Made by a program: the position numbers and the translations under genes. This document shows positions 36,837 through 46,641 of a DNA stretch of 64,000 bases, piece by piece. The notes under the pieces are model-generated. The model had not been told where the DNA came from and ran no database searches. It was given only the letters and a program-made list of their open reading frames with translations. Position 1 is the first letter of the stretch; each line of letters starts with the position of its first letter. Source of the stretch: Candidatus Scatosoma sp. (GTDB lineage Bacteria; Bacillota; Clostridia; Christensenellales; Borkfalkiaceae); the NCBI GenBank assembly GCA_045654025.1, contig JAZOMO010000031.1, forward strand, positions 27,173 to 91,172. The letters run 5' to 3'.

Positions 36837-37859
36837 TCATTCCCCAAGCGCCTGCATCGAGAAGGTCGTGGGAATAAAGATATTTTCAAACACGGTGATT
36901 GCGTACTGGTCGGTCATTCCCGAAATATAGTCGCACACCGCGCGCTCCGTTCCCCACGTTTCCAAAAGCGCCTTGTACGGCGTGGGAAGCTTGTCCGTAT
37001 GTTGCATAAAGTAAGTGAACAGCTCCGTCAGCATCCGTTCCGCACGATCCAAAATCACCTTGTTGGTCAGGTTGTACACCCGTTCAAACATGAACGCGCG
37101 CAGCTCTTGAATCGAGCTTTCCACCTCTTTCGACATCGCAATCACGGGCTTTCCACACGAATTTTCGTAGATGTCCGCAATCGCCGTATGAATACGCTGT
37201 TTTGTTCCCCTCCCCAGCACGCTGATCGGACGGGCAGGCAGGTCCTCGTTTTTCAAAATCCCTGCGCGAATCGCATCCTCAATGTCGTGATTGATATAGG
37301 CGATACGGTCTGCAATCGAAACGATTTGCCCCTCCAAGGTTTTAGGGTTACCGCTGCTCTTATGTTCCAAAATTCCGTCGCGCACTTCGTAGGTTAAGTT
37401 CAAGCCTCTGCCGCCCTTTTCCAAGACGTCCACGACACGCAAGGATTGCTCGTTGTGCCAAAAGCCAGCCTCCGCCAGCTTGTTCAGCACCTTTTCCCCC
37501 ACGTGCCCAAACGGCGTATGCCCGAGGTCGTGCCCAAGCGCAATCGCCTCCGCCAAATCCTCGTTGAGTCGCAACGAACGGGCAATCGAACGGGAGATCT
37601 GCGAAACGTCCAAAGTATGGGTCATACGGGTAATGTAGTGATCCCCTTCGGGCGCAAAGAACACCTGCGTTTTGTTTTTCAATCGCTTGAAGGAGTTGCT
37701 GTAAATAATGCGATCCCGATCCCGTTGAAATGCGGTTCTAAAATCGCATTGCTCTTCCACACGCGCTCTGCCGCGCGTGAATTGCGCGCGCGTAGCGTAA
37801 GGCGCAAGAAGCGCGTCTTCCGTCTGCCAAATCTGTTCTCTCACCGTCATTTTTTCCAT
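36837..37859 (-). CDS. dgt: dGTP triphosphohydrolase-like HD-domain protein
   Basis: 340 aa. Motifs HTLDVSQI and GHDLGHTPFGH. First gene of a dgt-dnaG-rpoD run. Confidence 0.85.
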   Translation of the reverse strand: MEKMTVREQIWQTEDALLAPYATRAQFTRGRARVEEQCDFRTAFQRDRDRIIYSNSFKRLKNKTQVFFAPEGDHYITRMTHTLDVSQISRSIARSLRLNEDLAEAIALGHDLGHTPFGHVGEKVLNKLAEAGFWHNEQSLRVVDVLEKGGRGLNLTYEVRDGILEHKSSGNPKTLEGQIVSIADRIAYINHDIEDAIRAGILKNEDLPARPISVLGRGTKQRIHTAIADIYENSCGKPVIAMSKEVESSIQELRAFMFERVYNLTNKVILDRAERMLTELFTYFMQHTDKLPTPYKALLETWGTERAVCDYISGMTDQYAITVFENIFIPTTFSMQALGE

Positions 37860-37974
37860 TTTCTATCTCCGTGCGACGATTGCGCTCAAATTTTCCGCTT
37901 ATAGTATTATTCGACGCGAAATCGTAAAATCCTTTTTTCTTTAGAAAAAAAGTGGGAAATTTTTCTTTTTTATG

Positions 37975-38014
37975 TAAAAAAATTGACAAGCGAGTGTTTG
38001 CTTGTCAATTTTTC
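37975..38014. terminator. Bidirectional intrinsic terminator after degV
   Basis: TTGACAAGC (37983-37991) pairs with GCTTGTCAA (38000-38008), flanked by A- and T-runs. Confidence 0.7.
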
Positions 38015-38016
38015 AC

Positions 38017-38892
38017 TTACCTTTTTCGTGATTTGAAGAACAGAGCCACCGTTCCACAGCCTGCATGACTGCCGATAACCGGCCCGATATAGTGAATGAA
38101 TACAGGGTTTTCAGGGTAGCATTTTTGCAACGATTCCTGCACGAATTTTGCATCCTCAATGCAGTCGGCGTGGCTGATATAAATGGGGTCGCTTGCCCCA
38201 AGCTCCGCCATCTCCTGCATATTCTGCACCAGCTTCCGAAGCGACTTTTGCCGTCCCATGACTTTGCCCGTCGTGGTCAGCTTGCCCTCGTCCGAAACGT
38301 GCAACATGGGCTTTACGTTCAGCAGAGTCCCCACGACTGCCGTCGCAGACGAAACCCTGCCCCCTCTCTTTAAGTGAAAGAGGTCGTTTACGGTAAATTG
38401 ATGATTGATGGAAAGCTTCAGCCCCTCCGCATATTCGTACGCTTCTTCAATCGTTGCGCCGCTTTCCGCTTTTTCAACGACATAGTTGACAAGCAAGCCT
38501 TGCCCAAGCGAGGCGCACAGGGAATCCACCACGAAGATTTTACGTTTTGGATACTCTTTTGACAACGCTTTTTGCGCTACGAAATAGCTGTCTGCCGTGC
38601 CTGAAAGCCCCGAAGAAAAGGCTATCACCAACACGTCCAAGCCCCTTTCCAGCGCGCCACGCATGCGCGCCTCGGCGACTTCCGGCGTGACTTGATAGGT
38701 AGTCGGCTTTGCGCCTGCGCGCAAACGCTCGTAAAACGCCTGCAAGCCGATATCCTGCCCATTCTCTCCAAAATACTCCACGCCGTCCATAATAAAGCCA
38801 AGCTTTACGCATTCCACGTTATGCTCCGCAAAGTATTCCTGCGGCAAATCACAGCCAGAGTCGGTAATAATTTGAAACCTTCTTTTTTCCAT
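38017..38892 (-). CDS. DegV-family fatty-acid-binding protein
   Basis: The ORF-track start at 38901 is GTG. I prefer the ATG at 38892 (GGAGG 9 nt upstream). IITDSGCDLP motif. Confidence 0.85.
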   Translation of the reverse strand: MEKRRFQIITDSGCDLPQEYFAEHNVECVKLGFIMDGVEYFGENGQDIGLQAFYERLRAGAKPTTYQVTPEVAEARMRGALERGLDVLVIAFSSGLSGTADSYFVAQKALSKEYPKRKIFVVDSLCASLGQGLLVNYVVEKAESGATIEEAYEYAEGLKLSINHQFTVNDLFHLKRGGRVSSATAVVGTLLNVKPMLHVSDEGKLTTTGKVMGRQKSLRKLVQNMQEMAELGASDPIYISHADCIEDAKFVQESLQKCYPENPVFIHYIGPVIGSHAGCGTVALFFKSRKR

Positions 38893-38906
38893 AATCTGCA
38901 CCCTCC

Positions 38907-39932
38907 TTACTTTCCTGCAACGGTGCGCAGGTAGTTATCCGCACGCTCCGCTTCCGCTTCCGCAAGCTGCAAAAGAGCAACGCCGCCATCCTCGTCCCTC
39001 TTTGCCATTTCGGGTGTAAATGCCTTTTTTTGCGCCAAAATTTCCGTATAAAATACGCTCTTTTTTGCGTATTCCCAGAAATGTTCTTCATAGGCGATGC
39101 CGTCGTAATGCCACGGCTTTTGCGCCAAGTTGTAGTGTATGAGCTTTGCCGGCTCTGCGCCTACCGCCGCCTGCGGCATTCTGTTCCAAGCCTCTGAAAA
39201 ATAATGCACCCTGCCCTTGCAAAGCACGTTCAGGCAATCCTGATCGGGCGCAACGCGGAAACAATGCTTCTTTAAAGTCGCAGAAAACGCCTCGTAAAAG
39301 TTCGCCTTCCGCATCATGGCTAAATTCATTACAATGACACCAGAGTTGAAATACTTCTCGCCATCCACCCCAAGCGCATCCTTTGTATATTTTTTGAACG
39401 CAGGCACGCCCTGCACCACTCCGTCCGCAACCGCGCCGATAAGGTTATTGCCAAGATTAGCGCGATACAGCTCGCTGATATCCCCCAACGCAACGGTGTC
39501 GCAATCGAGATAGATTGCCTTCTTGTATTGCGGGAACATTCCCACGATAAACAAGCGATAGTAAATGGCAGGGGTGTAATAATCGCGCAAACGGAAAAAG
39601 CCCCTCAAACCCGCCAGCTGTGCCTCCACGTCGACGAAACGAATACGGAAATCCGCATGGGAATGTCGCATAATTTTTTCCGCGCGTTCGCCGTTAATTC
39701 CCGAATGTAAGACGTACACGCTGTATTGAAAGCGCTTGTTTGCGTGCTCTGCAACCGAACTGATTGCAACGTCTAAAAAAGGCAAATATTTATCGTCCGC
39801 CGCAAAGAACACGGGGATTTCCGTCTTCTTTTGCGCCCGTCCTTCGCACGCCTTTAATTTTTGCGCCTCGCTCCCCCGCCACAATTCCTCTTGCAAATGG
39901 TTGACTGCGCCGCCGTATGATATACTTTTCAT
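38907..39932 (-). CDS. Family-8 glycosyltransferase (GspA/LgtC-like)
   Basis: 341 aa. FAADDKY near the N-terminus, a DCDTVALGD (DxD) motif and a GT8-like C-terminal half. Confidence 0.75.
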   Translation of the reverse strand: MKSISYGGAVNHLQEELWRGSEAQKLKACEGRAQKKTEIPVFFAADDKYLPFLDVAISSVAEHANKRFQYSVYVLHSGINGERAEKIMRHSHADFRIRFVDVEAQLAGLRGFFRLRDYYTPAIYYRLFIVGMFPQYKKAIYLDCDTVALGDISELYRANLGNNLIGAVADGVVQGVPAFKKYTKDALGVDGEKYFNSGVIVMNLAMMRKANFYEAFSATLKKHCFRVAPDQDCLNVLCKGRVHYFSEAWNRMPQAAVGAEPAKLIHYNLAQKPWHYDGIAYEEHFWEYAKKSVFYTEILAQKKAFTPEMAKRDEDGGVALLQLAEAEAERADNYLRTVAGK

Positions 39933-40314
39933 GATATTTCCTCGTCCTTGAATTTCCCCGTTTGGGGGGCGAAAAGCAAAAGACCATTTTATCCAAGCGC
40001 CCTTTCTTTCAGGGCCCGAATAAAACCGCCTTGCATTTCCTCGACGATTATATTGTATCCGTTTACGGGCAAAAACACAACCTACCGTTCGCCCTTCTTC
40101 CTCTATTGCTCTTTTTTATAACTCTACCAAGATTTTTCTCCTCTCCACCGCCAGTAGAATGGAGAAAAAAACCTGTTTTAGAGCGTTTTTTTGCTTGAAA
40201 TCAAAGTTTTTCACAAAAAAACACGTGCGATTTTCGCAATCACAAACACAAAAGTTTTTGTATTTTTACCTAATTGTTTAGCCGTCGAACCGGATTGTTA
40301 AGGGGATTAACTTG

Positions 40315-40881
40315 CTATTTGGTTGCCCGCTTCTTGTTGGCTTTGTATAAAACCTCCAACTTATAGCTATTGTATCGCAAGACCAAAAGCGAGGGTACAT
40401 TCAAAAGCGCCCCTATCACGCAAATGGGTAAGACAATCGTCCAGCGCACCGCAGGAATAAAGCAAAAAAACATCAAAAGAAAACTGGTAAAAATACTGCT
40501 AAAATGCCCCACTTCGCCGTATCGGGTTTCCAGCAAAAAACGCTCGACGTATTCGATGCTTTTCGGGTCTTCCACCCTGGTTTTGCGAAAGCCGGTCAAA
40601 TGCCCGATTTCGGGGATACGGTCCTTCCATTTGCGGATATGCAATTTTTCATAAAAGAGCTTTTCTCTCTTGCCTACAGCAAAGACCTTCGCGCCGTACG
40701 GCACGCATTTTTCAGGCAAGGAACGACAGATTGCGGCAGTTGCGCCGTTGACAATCATCTGCAATAAAATACCACCAAAGGTAATAGCGACCGTCCAACC
40801 GAGGGGGTCGCCATACCCAAGCCCATTCGCCAAGGCAACGATCACGCCACAAACGACAATTATGCTTAAATAGAGTATCAT
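40315..40881 (-). CDS. Membrane acyltransferase of the glycosyl-4,4'-diaponeurosporenoate acyltransferase (CrtO-like) family
   Basis: 188 aa with about 4 TM segments. HIRKWKDRIPE, ETRYGEVGHF and LVLRYNSYKL are colinear by eye with S. aureus CrtO (VRKWKHKI, ETKRAELIHW, VQRYNRPRL). ATGA overlap with the upstream acyltransferase. Confidence 0.55.
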   Translation of the reverse strand: MILYLSIIVVCGVIVALANGLGYGDPLGWTVAITFGGILLQMIVNGATAAICRSLPEKCVPYGAKVFAVGKREKLFYEKLHIRKWKDRIPEIGHLTGFRKTRVEDPKSIEYVERFLLETRYGEVGHFSSIFTSFLLMFFCFIPAVRWTIVLPICVIGALLNVPSLLVLRYNSYKLEVLYKANKKRATK

Positions 40882-41738
40882 TCGTCCTCCTTTTTTCCTG
40901 TGCCATACATAAGGGGAACACCGTACACTTCTTCGTATTTTTGTCTGTATAAGTCCTGCGCCGTATTCAGCATCGCCTGCGCCCCTGCCTTTTCCCCAAG
41001 CGTAGCATCGGGATAGATAGGCGGCAGGATATGCACGGTATGCCGTTGCAAAGGATAGCCGTGCTCGTCTAAACGAGCCTCATCATCCTGCATGGAAATA
41101 AAGATAGGCAAGACGGGCACGCCTGCCTTATACGCCATTTTAAACCCGCCGATTTTGAACGGACGAGGCTTGCGATAGTTCCACCACATCTCCTGCTCGG
41201 GGTAGACTAAAATACTCTCTCCGCTTCTCAAAAGTGTATCGACCGCAGAGAGGAAATTCATCAGCGTGCGACGGTTTCTCGACAGCGGTAAAGTATTACA
41301 ATGTCGAAAGAAAAAGCCGTACAATCCGGGGAAATTCGTATAATTCCCCTCACGGATAATTTTATACAGATATTCTTTCGGCAGATATTTGCGAATACAA
41401 TGAAAGACGATATAGTTATCAAACGGAGAAAAATGGTTACAAAGCACGATTGCCCCATTCTTTAACCCGTCCTCTAAGTATTCCTCGCCCTCTACGCCGT
41501 CAATGATAATAACACCCTTTTTAATGAGCCCCAAAAAGTAGCGGTCAGCGATAAAATTCGCAATCCGACGCTTAAAACGGCTAGACGCTTTTTTACACAG
41601 ATAATCGACCTTTTCGGGCAATAATTCGGGGGCTTCGGGGTCGTTTTCAATCGGTTTATCAAACCAACCCATCGCCTCGTATTCTTCGATTTTTTCTAAA
41701 ATCCCTCTCCGTTCCTCAGAGAGTTGCTTTTTCTCATT
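40878..41738 (-). CDS. PlsC-family lysophospholipid acyltransferase
   Basis: HX4D motif CNHFSPFD. The ORF-track start at 41792 is TTG and overlaps dtd. I prefer the ATG at 41738. Confidence 0.75.
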   Translation of the reverse strand, partial: NEKKQLSEERRGILEKIEEYEAMGWFDKPIENDPEAPELLPEKVDYLCKKASSRFKRRIANFIADRYFLGLIKKGVIIIDGVEGEEYLEDGLKNGAIVLCNHFSPFDNYIVFHCIRKYLPKEYLYKIIREGNYTNFPGLYGFFFRHCNTLPLSRNRRTLMNFLSAVDTLLRSGESILVYPEQEMWWNYRKPRPFKIGGFKMAYKAGVPVLPIFISMQDDEARLDEHGYPLQRHTVHILPPIYPDATLGEKAGAQAMLNTAQDLYRQKYEEVYGVPLMYGTGKKEDE

Positions 41739-41781
41739 CATCGCTTTTTTTCCTATACCAAACGTTGAAAATACGACCTGC

Positions 41782-42219
41782 TTATTTTTCAAGCAGTATC
41801 GTCACCGGACCGTCGTTCACTTGCGCAATCTGCATATCCGCGCCAAACACCCCCGTCTTGACGGGTACGCCGTAAGCGCGCAACCCCTCGACCGCATATT
41901 CGTACAGCTCGTTTGCAAGCTCGGGACGCTCTGCCAAGGTAAAGCTGGGGCGGTTGCCGTGCGATGCATCGCCGTAAAGGGTGAACTGAGAAACGAGCAA
42001 CACCTCGCCGCCTACATCCAAGACAGAACGGTTCATCTTCCCATTCTCATCTTCAAAAATTCGCAAGCCTGCAATCTTTTTGACGATGTAATCAGCGTTT
42101 GCTTTTTCGTCACCTACCTTTATGCCCAAAAAGACCGTCAAACCAAACGGAATCTCGGAAATCAATTGACCATTTACCCTTAAAGAGGTCTGTTTCACCC
42201 TCTGCACGACTGCACGCAT
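41782..42219 (-). CDS. dtd: D-aminoacyl-tRNA deacylase
   Basis: Start re-set to the ATG at 42219 (AAGGAG 7 nt upstream); the longer ORF would run into the efp terminator. MRAVVQRV and SQFTLYGD motifs. Confidence 0.9.
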   Translation of the reverse strand: MRAVVQRVKQTSLRVNGQLISEIPFGLTVFLGIKVGDEKANADYIVKKIAGLRIFEDENGKMNRSVLDVGGEVLLVSQFTLYGDASHGNRPSFTLAERPELANELYEYAVEGLRAYGVPVKTGVFGADMQIAQVNDGPVTILLEK

Positions 42220-42240
42220 AGCATACTCCTTATTGTACGA

Positions 42241-42275
42241 CAAAACGCAGGATAGGAAACCCGATCCTGCATTTT
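42241..42275 (-). terminator. Intrinsic terminator after efp
   Basis: On the minus strand: GCAGGAT-10 nt-ATCCTGC followed by GTTTTG. Confidence 0.6.
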
Positions 42276-42300
42276 GATTGCTTTCTATTCGATAACGCGA

Positions 42301-42864
42301 TTAAACGCGGCTCATGTATTCGCCGGTTCTGGTGTCGATACGGATGGTATCGCCCTCTTCGACGAACATAGGTACCTGAATGGTAGCGCCCGTTTCAACC
42401 TTAGCGTTCTTCATAACGTTGGTTGCGGTGTTGCCCTTAACGCCAGGTTCAGCCTCGATAACCTTCAATTCAACGAAGTTTTCAGGTTCAACCGAGAACG
42501 CCTTAGCATAGAGGAACTTTACGGTAACCGTATCGTTTTCCTTGATATACTTGAGCGCATCTTCTACCTGATCGTAGGTAAGCTGTTCCTGGTTCCATTC
42601 TTCGTCTACGAATACGTAGAATTCGCCGTCGAAGTAGGAATAGGTCATCTTCTTCGTTTCTACCTGAGCCGTTTCCAACTTCGTGGTAGGGTTGAAGGTT
42701 TCGTTGGACAATACTTGTCCCGTTACAACGTTCTTCAAGGTCGTTCTGACGAACGCCGCGCCCTTACCGGGTTTTACGTGCTGGAAATCCGTTACGGTGT
42801 AAACGCCACTCTTGTATTCAAAGGTAGCGCCCTTACGAATATCGCCTGCTAAAATCTGTGCCAT
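42301..42864 (-). CDS. efp: Elongation factor P
   Basis: 187 aa with a [15 protein letters not shown] loop. AAGGAG RBS. Confidence 0.95.
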   Translation of the reverse strand: MAQILAGDIRKGATFEYKSGVYTVTDFQHVKPGKGAAFVRTTLKNVVTGQVLSNETFNPTTKLETAQVETKKMTYSYFDGEFYVFVDEEWNQEQLTYDQVEDALKYIKENDTVTVKFLYAKAFSVEPENFVELKVIEAEPGVKGNTATNVMKNAKVETGATIQVPMFVEEGDTIRIDTRTGEYMSRV

Positions 42865-42924
42865 AGTACATATCTCCTTATGACTTTTTTCTTTTTCGTT
42901 TTTTATATTGCTTTTACAAGCCTT

Positions 42925-43980
42925 TTACAAAATGAGCAAATCCTTTCTCGTTTTGCCCATAAAGCTTTTCACTTTTCCGTCCTTCAAGACGACGGTGTCT
43001 TCAATACGGATACCGTATTCACCCTCGACGTAAACGCCGGGCTCGTCCGTGAACACCATGCCGTCCACAAACGTCTTTTCCCCACGGATGCTAGCGGAAG
43101 GCTCTTCGTGGATATTCAACCCCACGCCGTGACCCAACGAATGAGTGAACAGCTCGCCGTAGCCGTTTGCCTGCAAGTAATCCCTTGCAATCGCATCGAC
43201 TTCGATCCCCGTCATACCGGAAACCGCTTTCTCCTGCACCAACTCGTGCGCGCGGAGGACGTGCGCGTACGCCGCCTTGAACGCCTCGTGTTTGCCGTCG
43301 TCGCCAAACAGGAAGGTACGGGTGATGTCCGAACAGTAACCGTTGACACGGCAACCAAAGTCCATCAAAATCTCATCGCCGAACTTCAAGGTCGTCAAAC
43401 CCGTTTCGTGGTGAGGAACGGATGCGTTCGCGCCAAAGGCAACGATGGTTTCAAACGCCAAGCCCTGCGCGCCCAACTTACGCATATTGTATTCAAGTTG
43501 CGCCGCCAACGCCGTCTCCGTCATCCCTTCGCGGATTTCAGGCAGCAGCATATTCAGCGCGTCCTCTGCAATCGAGCAAGCCTGCTGAATGTTGTTCAGC
43601 TCCCACTCGTTTTTGACAATCATACTTTCGGTGAACACCGCGTCGATATCCACAAGCTCCGCGCCCGATTTCTGCAACGCCAAGAACCGCGCGTGGCTGG
43701 TATGCGAATAGGAAATACCGATACGCTTGTAAACGCCCAAAATTTCCGTCAACTTCTTACCGCCCCACAGTACGGGAACGACGTCCGAGCCGTCAAAAAA
43801 CTTCTTCGCCGCCTCGATATATCGAGAATCGGTATAGAGGGTTGCGCCGTCCTTATCGATGAGCAGCGCGCCGTTTTCAGGCCCCATGCCCGTCGCATAG
43901 CGCATCAAAAATTCACACTCGCTATAAATCGCATCGACGTTCGCCGCCTCAAACAACTTTTTGCAATTCGTCAAAACCAT
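42925..43980 (-). CDS. pepP: Xaa-Pro aminopeptidase (M24B)
   Basis: 351 aa. HSLGHGVGLNIHE and the other M24 metal ligands are present. Conserved pepP-efp pair. Confidence 0.85.
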   Translation of the reverse strand: MVLTNCKKLFEAANVDAIYSECEFLMRYATGMGPENGALLIDKDGATLYTDSRYIEAAKKFFDGSDVVPVLWGGKKLTEILGVYKRIGISYSHTSHARFLALQKSGAELVDIDAVFTESMIVKNEWELNNIQQACSIAEDALNMLLPEIREGMTETALAAQLEYNMRKLGAQGLAFETIVAFGANASVPHHETGLTTLKFGDEILMDFGCRVNGYCSDITRTFLFGDDGKHEAFKAAYAHVLRAHELVQEKAVSGMTGIEVDAIARDYLQANGYGELFTHSLGHGVGLNIHEEPSASIRGEKTFVDGMVFTDEPGVYVEGEYGIRIEDTVVLKDGKVKSFMGKTRKDLLIL

Positions 43981-44044
43981 AACGATCTCCTCTTGTATAT
44001 TCTACCAAATATTTTCTCGTTCGTCAAGTGGTAGAAACAGATAA

Positions 44045-44890
44045 TTATCTCTCAAAATACACTTTTTTCATCTCTTGCGCTTCCTTGGACTGCTTTCCAG
44101 AGGATTCGCTGACGATATAGGGCTCTAATTTCAGCTCTTTCAAAGCAATCGCAAGCGGAGAAAATTCCGGTCCATACACCGTATCTTCAAAGGTCAAGTG
44201 CTTGATTTCCCCCTTGACGGAGTACATAATCTTCGAAAAATGCACGTGGAAATATTTTACCCTGTCGTAGCCGAGCTGGTCAATCATATACTGCAGGCGC
44301 GCCTTATAGTCTTCCACCGTTTTTAAAGAGCCCTGCTCTCTTGCGTTGATGTGTCCAAAGTCCACGCAGGGGGTGTAAACGGGGTCAATTTTACAAAATT
44401 CGACAATCTCTTCCAGCGTGCCGATTTGCGCCAACTTACCCATCGTTTCGGGGCAAAATATCATATCCTCGTAGCCGTTTTCGTAAATCAAATCACGCAG
44501 AATTTCCAGCCGCCGTTTGGTCAATTCCACCGCCTCAAAGCGTTGCGCTTTGCCCTGCGCCGCAGGATGAAACACCACTCGTTTGCCGCCCATCAGCTTT
44601 GCCATACGCGCAGAATCAAGGACGTAGCCGTACGATTTTTCCACCATTTCCTCATCGGGGTTGGCGAAGTTGATAAAATACGGCGCATGTACGGAAATCT
44701 CCACGCCTGCCGCCGCAAACGCCGCGCCGATAGAACGGGCTTTTTCGTCCGTCATTCGCACCCCTCTTCCGAAGGAATACTCAAAGCAATCCAGCCCTAA
44801 ATTTTTAACGAAGCCCGCCGATTGCTCGGTATGCGAATACCCAGCCGTATAAAAATCTTCGCAGTTGCCACTCGGTCCGAATTTTATCAT
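44045..44890 (-). CDS. Endonuclease IV-like TIM-barrel protein (AP endonuclease family 2 fold)
   Basis: 281 aa. HAPYFINFANPD, VVFHPA, CPETMG, DFGH and HVHFS segments match the Endo IV metal-ligand pattern by eye. Confidence 0.6.
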   Translation of the reverse strand: MIKFGPSGNCEDFYTAGYSHTEQSAGFVKNLGLDCFEYSFGRGVRMTDEKARSIGAAFAAAGVEISVHAPYFINFANPDEEMVEKSYGYVLDSARMAKLMGGKRVVFHPAAQGKAQRFEAVELTKRRLEILRDLIYENGYEDMIFCPETMGKLAQIGTLEEIVEFCKIDPVYTPCVDFGHINAREQGSLKTVEDYKARLQYMIDQLGYDRVKYFHVHFSKIMYSVKGEIKHLTFEDTVYGPEFSPLAIALKELKLEPYIVSESSGKQSKEAQEMKKVYFER

Positions 44891-45753
44891 CTTTTGTTCT
44901 CCCTTATCTTATGCAAGTCTGCTTGTAGTTGCCGTTGCAAGTCCTCTACGCAAGCAAACTTTTGTATATCCCGTATTTTTCTTATAAATCGAACGGTCAA
45001 TTCTTTGCCGTACAGGTCGCCGTCAAAGCCGTCAAGGTGGGTTTCAACGCACACCTGCTCCCCCGAAAAGGTCGGTTGCGTCCCAAAATTCGTAATTGCG
45101 CGATAGCATTTTTCGCCCACGACCACCTCGGATGCGTATACCCCGTAGGCAAGAGTGCATTTCTCCTGTGGATAGGTCAAATTCGCCGTGGGAAAGCCTA
45201 TTGTTCGACCTACCCTTCTACCTTCTTGCACCTCTCCCATGAGGAAAAACGGCTCGCCCAGCAAGGCGTTTGCTACCTCTATCTTGCCTGCCATAAGGCA
45301 CGCTTTGACGGTAGAGGCGCTGACTTTTTCGCCGTCCACCTCTAAAAGGGGCAACACCTCCACCTGCGCCGTCGTTAACTTGCGCAATAGTTCAGGGTCG
45401 CCCGCCGCCGATTTTCCAAAACGGAAATCCTCTCCGCAGACGAAGGCTTTCGGGGAAAACTGCTCCTCGACAAGCGCAACGAACGCCTGTGGGGATAACT
45501 CCTTAATCTCCGCAAACGGCAATTCTATTGCAAAATCGACACCTGCCCTGCGATAGATATTTTCCCTTTCGCGCAAGGTAAATACGCTGTCGCCCTTACC
45601 ACCAGCAATCGTCATCACCCCAACGGGTAATCCGTATTCCTTGGCGCGTTCAAGCAAAAGGCGATGACCGATATGTAGGCCGTCAAAACCGCCCAACAGT
45701 ATCACTCCCCCGCGCATATTCGATTGTTGCGAAAAACTTACCGTTTGAAACAT
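44887..45753 (-). CDS. ribF: Bifunctional riboflavin kinase / FMN adenylyltransferase
   Basis: 288 aa with motifs GGFDGLHIGH and GFPTANL. Confidence 0.9.
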   Translation of the reverse strand: MFQTVSFSQQSNMRGGVILLGGFDGLHIGHRLLLERAKEYGLPVGVMTIAGGKGDSVFTLRERENIYRRAGVDFAIELPFAEIKELSPQAFVALVEEQFSPKAFVCGEDFRFGKSAAGDPELLRKLTTAQVEVLPLLEVDGEKVSASTVKACLMAGKIEVANALLGEPFFLMGEVQEGRRVGRTIGFPTANLTYPQEKCTLAYGVYASEVVVGEKCYRAITNFGTQPTFSGEQVCVETHLDGFDGDLYGKELTVRFIRKIRDIQKFACVEDLQRQLQADLHKIRENKR

Positions 45754-45756
45754 ATG

Positions 45757-46641
45757 TCAATTTAATTTCGTCTTGAGTTTTGCCCAGCCTGCTTTCACTT
45801 CGGCAATTCCATAAAAACTGCCGTCTTCGTTGTAAAACTTATACAATCCGTCCTCAGTTTCAGCCGCCACGGTCATACCGTTTAACAGCTTGATTCGTTG
45901 CTTTTCCGTCGCCGTCAGCGTAGGATAGGACAATACGCTTTCGGTGGGAATAATATACTTTTCCAGTTCCTCAGGCGTAGGGTCTGCCTCTAAGACGGAG
46001 AAGGGAATAGCGTTGTCCTCGGTGAAAATACCGCTCTGCGTTCTGCGCAAAGCGCTCATCACAGCATTCGTACCCAAAGCCTCTGCCAAATCCCTGCCGA
46101 TGGAACGGATATACGTACCGCCACCGCAACGAATTTTGACGCGGAAGGTGGTTTCGTTTACCTGACCAAGTACCGACATATCGTGAATGACGATTTTCTT
46201 GGGCGCAAGTTCAAAGTCTATCCCTGCGCGAGCGAGCTCGTAGCCACGCTTGCCGCCCACGTTCTTTGCGCTGTATTTAGGAGGCAGCTGCATTACTTCG
46301 CCACACATCGTCGGCAAAACGTCTGCAATCTCCTTTTCAGACGGAATACGCCCACCTAAGATAAGCTCTCCCGTGCTGTCCAAAGTATCGGACGACACCC
46401 CGAAGGTAAACTCGGCAATATACTCCTTTTCCTTTTCAAGGAAATAATCGAACAGCCTCGTTGCATTTCCTGCCCCTACGGGCAATACGCCTGATGCGAG
46501 CGGGTCTAACGTACCCATGTGCCCACAGGGCATACCAGTCAGCCATTTTAACTTGTTGACAACCGCCGAGGAAACGATCCCCGACGGTTTATCGACGTTA
46601 AAAAAGCTGCTGTTTTGCAGTTTTGGTGTCTTCTTGCCCAT
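45757..46641 (-). CDS. truB: tRNA pseudouridine(55) synthase
   Basis: 294 aa with the motif GHMGTLDPLASGVLP. Confidence 0.95.
   Translation of the reverse strand: MGKKTPKLQNSSFFNVDKPSGIVSSAVVNKLKWLTGMPCGHMGTLDPLASGVLPVGAGNATRLFDYFLEKEKEYIAEFTFGVSSDTLDSTGELILGGRIPSEKEIADVLPTMCGEVMQLPPKYSAKNVGGKRGYELARAGIDFELAPKKIVIHDMSVLGQVNETTFRVKIRCGGGTYIRSIGRDLAEALGTNAVMSALRRTQSGIFTEDNAIPFSVLEADPTPEELEKYIIPTESVLSYPTLTATEKQRIKLLNGMTVAAETEDGLYKFYNEDGSFYGIAEVKAGWAKLKTKLN

Noticed and set aside
36837-37859. dGTPase-like HD protein as a possible anti-phage dNTP-depletion defence gene.
   Set aside because: It is the first gene of a tightly packed dgt-dnaG-rpoD housekeeping run, with no accessory or mobile context.
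39962-40198. 78-aa plus-strand ORF inside the 382-nt gap.
   Set aside because: - It has no RBS.
- Its orientation is opposite to all neighbours.
- The translation is Pro/Leu/Phe-rich low complexity.
- It is most likely non-coding.
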